21,568 nucleotides of DNA, taken from NCBI RefSeq assembly GCF_004010195.1, contig NC_057749.1:25827044-25848611 (forward strand), given 5' to 3'. This DNA is from Chiloscyllium plagiosum (lineage: Eukaryota). Below the pieces are notes generated by a model, which worked only from the letters and a program-made list of their open reading frames with translations, had not been told where the DNA came from and made no database searches. Shown here one piece after another: positions 18,923 to 21,568 of the stretch (positions are counted from its first letter, which is position 1; each line of letters begins with the position of its first letter). The translations under genes and the position numbers were made by a program.

Positions 18923-19375
18923 CTGGTGTCTTCCAAATTAACTTTTTCCGTTTCTTTTGCAATGCAACATATCTTTCTATTTTTGATTGTCAAGTGCCAC
19001 GCACAGTGACTGAGGTTACTAACACCTCTGTGTCTGTATTCATTTCATCCTCAGTTACTCTACCACTGTCCTTTAAACCAGTCTCACTGATTAACCGATA
19101 ACACATCACTTGCCTGCTTTACAACATGAGCTGCAGCAGCCTCAACCTTTATCAGATGATTTTCCACTGTGTCAATGGACACTTTTTCACAAACCCACAC
19201 TTGACTTCTCGATGTCAAACTGTGCTGCTTCCTTAGTGTCAAGCTGTGACAGCTGGCCAAATGGCTCTTATCAGCCAGGGGATGTATTCTCAATGTGGTT
19301 GAGCTCTGAGGTTCACGTGAAGATGTAGGCCACGATATTGGGCACTGCTGATGTCAATTCTACAGAAAATCTGAC
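18923..19375 (-). other. Candidate large exon in unique sequence with broken reading frames
   Basis: Minus: tgccattttAG | gtcag ... gacaccag | GTtaga. Contains long open stretches in different frames but no continuous ORF. Confidence 0.22.
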
Positions 19376-19431
19376 CTAAAATGGCACAGTGGCTTCTTGG
19401 CTGTTTGGTGCTGCATGGTCATCAAATGTGG

Positions 19432-19715
19432 TGTGGTCCTATGGCTCAGTGTCTCGCAGTGCCAGGGTCCCAGGTTCAATTCCACCCTTGGATGGTGGTC
19501 TGCGTGGAATTTGCATATTCTCCCTGTGCCTGCAAGGGTTTCCTGTGGCTGCTCTTGTTTCCTCCCACGGCCCAAACCTGTGTGGGTTAGGTGGATTAGC
19601 CATGGGACAGTGCAGCGTTATGAGGGTCTGGGTCTGGGTGGGATGCCCTTCAGAGGATCAGTGTGGGCTTGATGGGCTGAATGGCTTGCTTCCACACTGT
19701 AGATTCTATGATTCC
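19432..19715 (+). mobile_element. Diverged HE1-type V-SINE
   Basis: atggctcagtg...ccaggttcaattcc...tgcgtggaatttgcatattctccctg...tccacactgtagattctatgattcc. Confidence 0.88.
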
Positions 19716-19862
19716 AATCGACAAGAGGGGCTAGACATGTTCAACCACAAGGTCTTGGAAACTCAGATCACACAGACCTGGCGTTGGCTGACAATAACCA
19801 TTGGCAGCTGAACAAACTACACAAAAGGAACCTTTACAATATAGTCAACCAAACAACTTGCC

Positions 19863-20010
19863 GATATTGCAGATCTGAAACAAAAACAGAAATTGCAGGA
19901 GAAATTCAGCAGGTCTGGCAGCAACTATGGAGAGAAAACAGACTTAATGTTTCAGATCTTGTGATCCTCCTTGAGAACTCAGCCGTTCAGAAGAAAGTTC
20001 AATGGACTAT
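19863..20010 (-). mobile_element. Older PLE-terminal-repeat element with the start of an inverted arm
   Basis: gatctgaaacaaaaacagaaattgcaggagaaattcagcaggtctggcagcaactatggagagaaaacagacttaatgtttcag is homologous to 3355-3445 and is followed by inverted gttcagaagaaagttca. Confidence 0.7.
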
Positions 20011-20071
20011 TTCCAATGCTATTTAAAGGGCTGTGCCGCTTACACCTGAGATGTTTTCAATCTCTGCAGAG

Positions 20072-20322
20072 TTTGGCCCATTGAGTCTGCACTGTCTCTT
20101 TGGAGAGCATCCCACCCAGACCTACCCCTTCCCATCCCATAACCGCATATTTCCCATGGCCAATCCACTCATCCTGCACATCTTTGCACTGTGGGAGGAA
20201 ACCCACGTAGATACAGGGAGAACATGCAAACTCTATGCAGACAGTTGCCCGAGGCTAGAATTGAACCCGGATCCCTAACACTGTAAGACAACAGAACTCA
20301 CCACTGAGCCACAATGCTGCCC
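20072..20322 (-). mobile_element. Diverged HE1-type V-SINE
   Basis: rc gggcagcattgtggctcagtggtgag...ccgggttcaattc plus V-core gagtttgcatgttctccc. Confidence 0.88.
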
Positions 20323-20798
20323 CCGGGAGAGATCATGCCGAAACAACAGCTGAGGTACCTCTGATTCGACAAGGGGAGGGTACCAGAATTTCCCGGAACA
20401 GAACTTACAGCCATGCAACAGGGTCAGGGTGGCACAGTCAGTGAATATCGAGGTCACTGTCACAGTAAACATACGCGATCAGTACATTCAAGGCAGGAGC
20501 AGGAGATGTAACAAACAGTCCATCTTCCATTCCTGATTGAGGCCCTGTTTTTTGTGGAGAAGGGATTTTGTCTCGTTTCTCTCTGAGCAGAAATGGGTAG
20601 GATACCTGAGTTTGCCAAGGGTAGCAGGATTTTCACCAGTCACTGACAGCATACCCACATGACAAATAGGGAGAGGTGTCCAAGTTCAGGAAATGCCACT
20701 CCAGTGATGTCACCACATACAAGCAGTCAGTGAATGTGCACTGCCTGGTGGAGGCCATGATGCTTTCCACTGAGGTGGGTCTTGGTTTTCACTATCTT

Positions 20799-21488
20799 CA
20801 ATTTCCCTTCCCACATGGTTGAAGATCCCTCCAACGCATCTCATCCACATCCTGCACCTCCGCCCTCAAATGCCACCCCTTCAAGACAGAACCACCCTGG
20901 TCCTCACTTTCCACTCTACCAAAGTTCGCATAAACCACATCATCCGCCGACATTTCCGCCACCTACAAACAGACCCCACCACCAGGGATATATTTCCCTC
21001 CCCACCCCTTCCACTTTCCGCAAAGTCCGTTCCCTCCGTGACTACCTGGTCAGGTCCACACCCCCCAACAACCCACCCTCCCGTCCTGGCACCTTCCCCT
21101 GCCATCCCAGGATATGCTAAACCTGCGTCCACACCTCCTCCCTCACCTCCATCCACATCCATAAAAGTTTTACCTGCACATCCACCAATATCATTTATTG
21201 TATCCGTTGCTCCCGATGCGGTCCCCTCTACATTGGGGAGACTGGAAGCCTCCTCGCAGAGCGCTTTAGGGAACATCTCCGGGACACCCGCACCAATCGA
21301 CCCCACCGCCCCATGGCCCAACATTTCAATTCCACCTCCCACTCTGCCGAGGACATGCAGGTCCTGGACCTCCTCCACCGCTGCTCCCTCACCACCTGAC
21401 GCCTGGAGGGAGAATGCCTCATCTTCCGCCTCGGAACACTTCAACCCCAGGGCATCAATGTGGACTTCAACAGTTTCCTCATTTCCCT
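20799..21488 (+). mobile_element. Penelope-like element fragment (RT C-terminus, Cys-rich linker, GIY-YIG endonuclease), decayed
   Basis: Reads 'LVLTFHST..RINHIIRRHFRHLQTDPTTRDIFPSPP', 'SLRDYLVRS..PGTFPC' and 'FTCTSTNIIYCIRCSRCGPLYIGETGSLLAERFREHL...HFNS..H...*RLE..LIFRLGTLQPQGIN'. Homologous to the reverse complement of 10680-11400. Confidence 0.93.
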
Positions 21489-21568
21489 TAGACAATAGAC
21501 AATAGACAATAGGTGCAGGACTAGGCCATTCAGCCCTTCGAGCCTGCACCGCCATTCAATATAATCAT
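21489..21568 (-). mobile_element. CR1 3' tail (young-looking) inserted in the PLE; runs off the window
   Basis: (tagacaa)3 then taggtgcaggactaggccattcagcccttcgagcctgcaccgccattcaat. Confidence 0.88.

Noticed and set aside
12161..19000. Selenoprotein reading of the in-frame TGAs in the candidate exon chain; faint resemblance to the SLF2/FAM178 C-terminus
   Set aside because: A TAA is also in frame, no SECIS is evident and the context is not Cys-like; the resemblance is only a few residues across different frames.
20819..21555. 228-aa plus and 224-aa minus ORFs as host genes
   Set aside because: Frameshifted or antisense reads of a decayed Penelope-like ORF; the true GIY-YIG frame has a stop.

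Overview
Vertebrate genomic DNA, very probably a shark (HE1-type tRNA-derived V-SINEs, HER1/CR1 LINE 3' fragments, Deu-domain SacSINE1-like SINEs; a carpet/bamboo shark is my inference). It is repeat-dominated intronic or intergenic sequence with a 471-N assembly gap (9956-10426). It holds two decayed Penelope-like (PLE, Neptune-type) retroelement bodies (RT + GIY-YIG), an RTE fragment, an old L2 fragment, many CR1 fragments and seven HE1 SINEs. No intact protein-coding gene is recognisable; nearly all tracked ORFs are repeat-derived or spurious. The most interesting signals are: (i) short non-autonomous elements made only of the PLE terminal repeat, carrying a minimal hammerhead-ribozyme core, some with 12-16 bp target-site duplications and some palindromic, with two apparently inserted serially at the same target site; (ii) a chain of minus-strand candidate exons with good splice signals but stop-interrupted frames (possible pseudogene or lncRNA); (iii) a compact promoter-like motif cluster near 16.0-16.15 kb. 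All family assignments are by eye from recalled consensus motifs; no database search was run.
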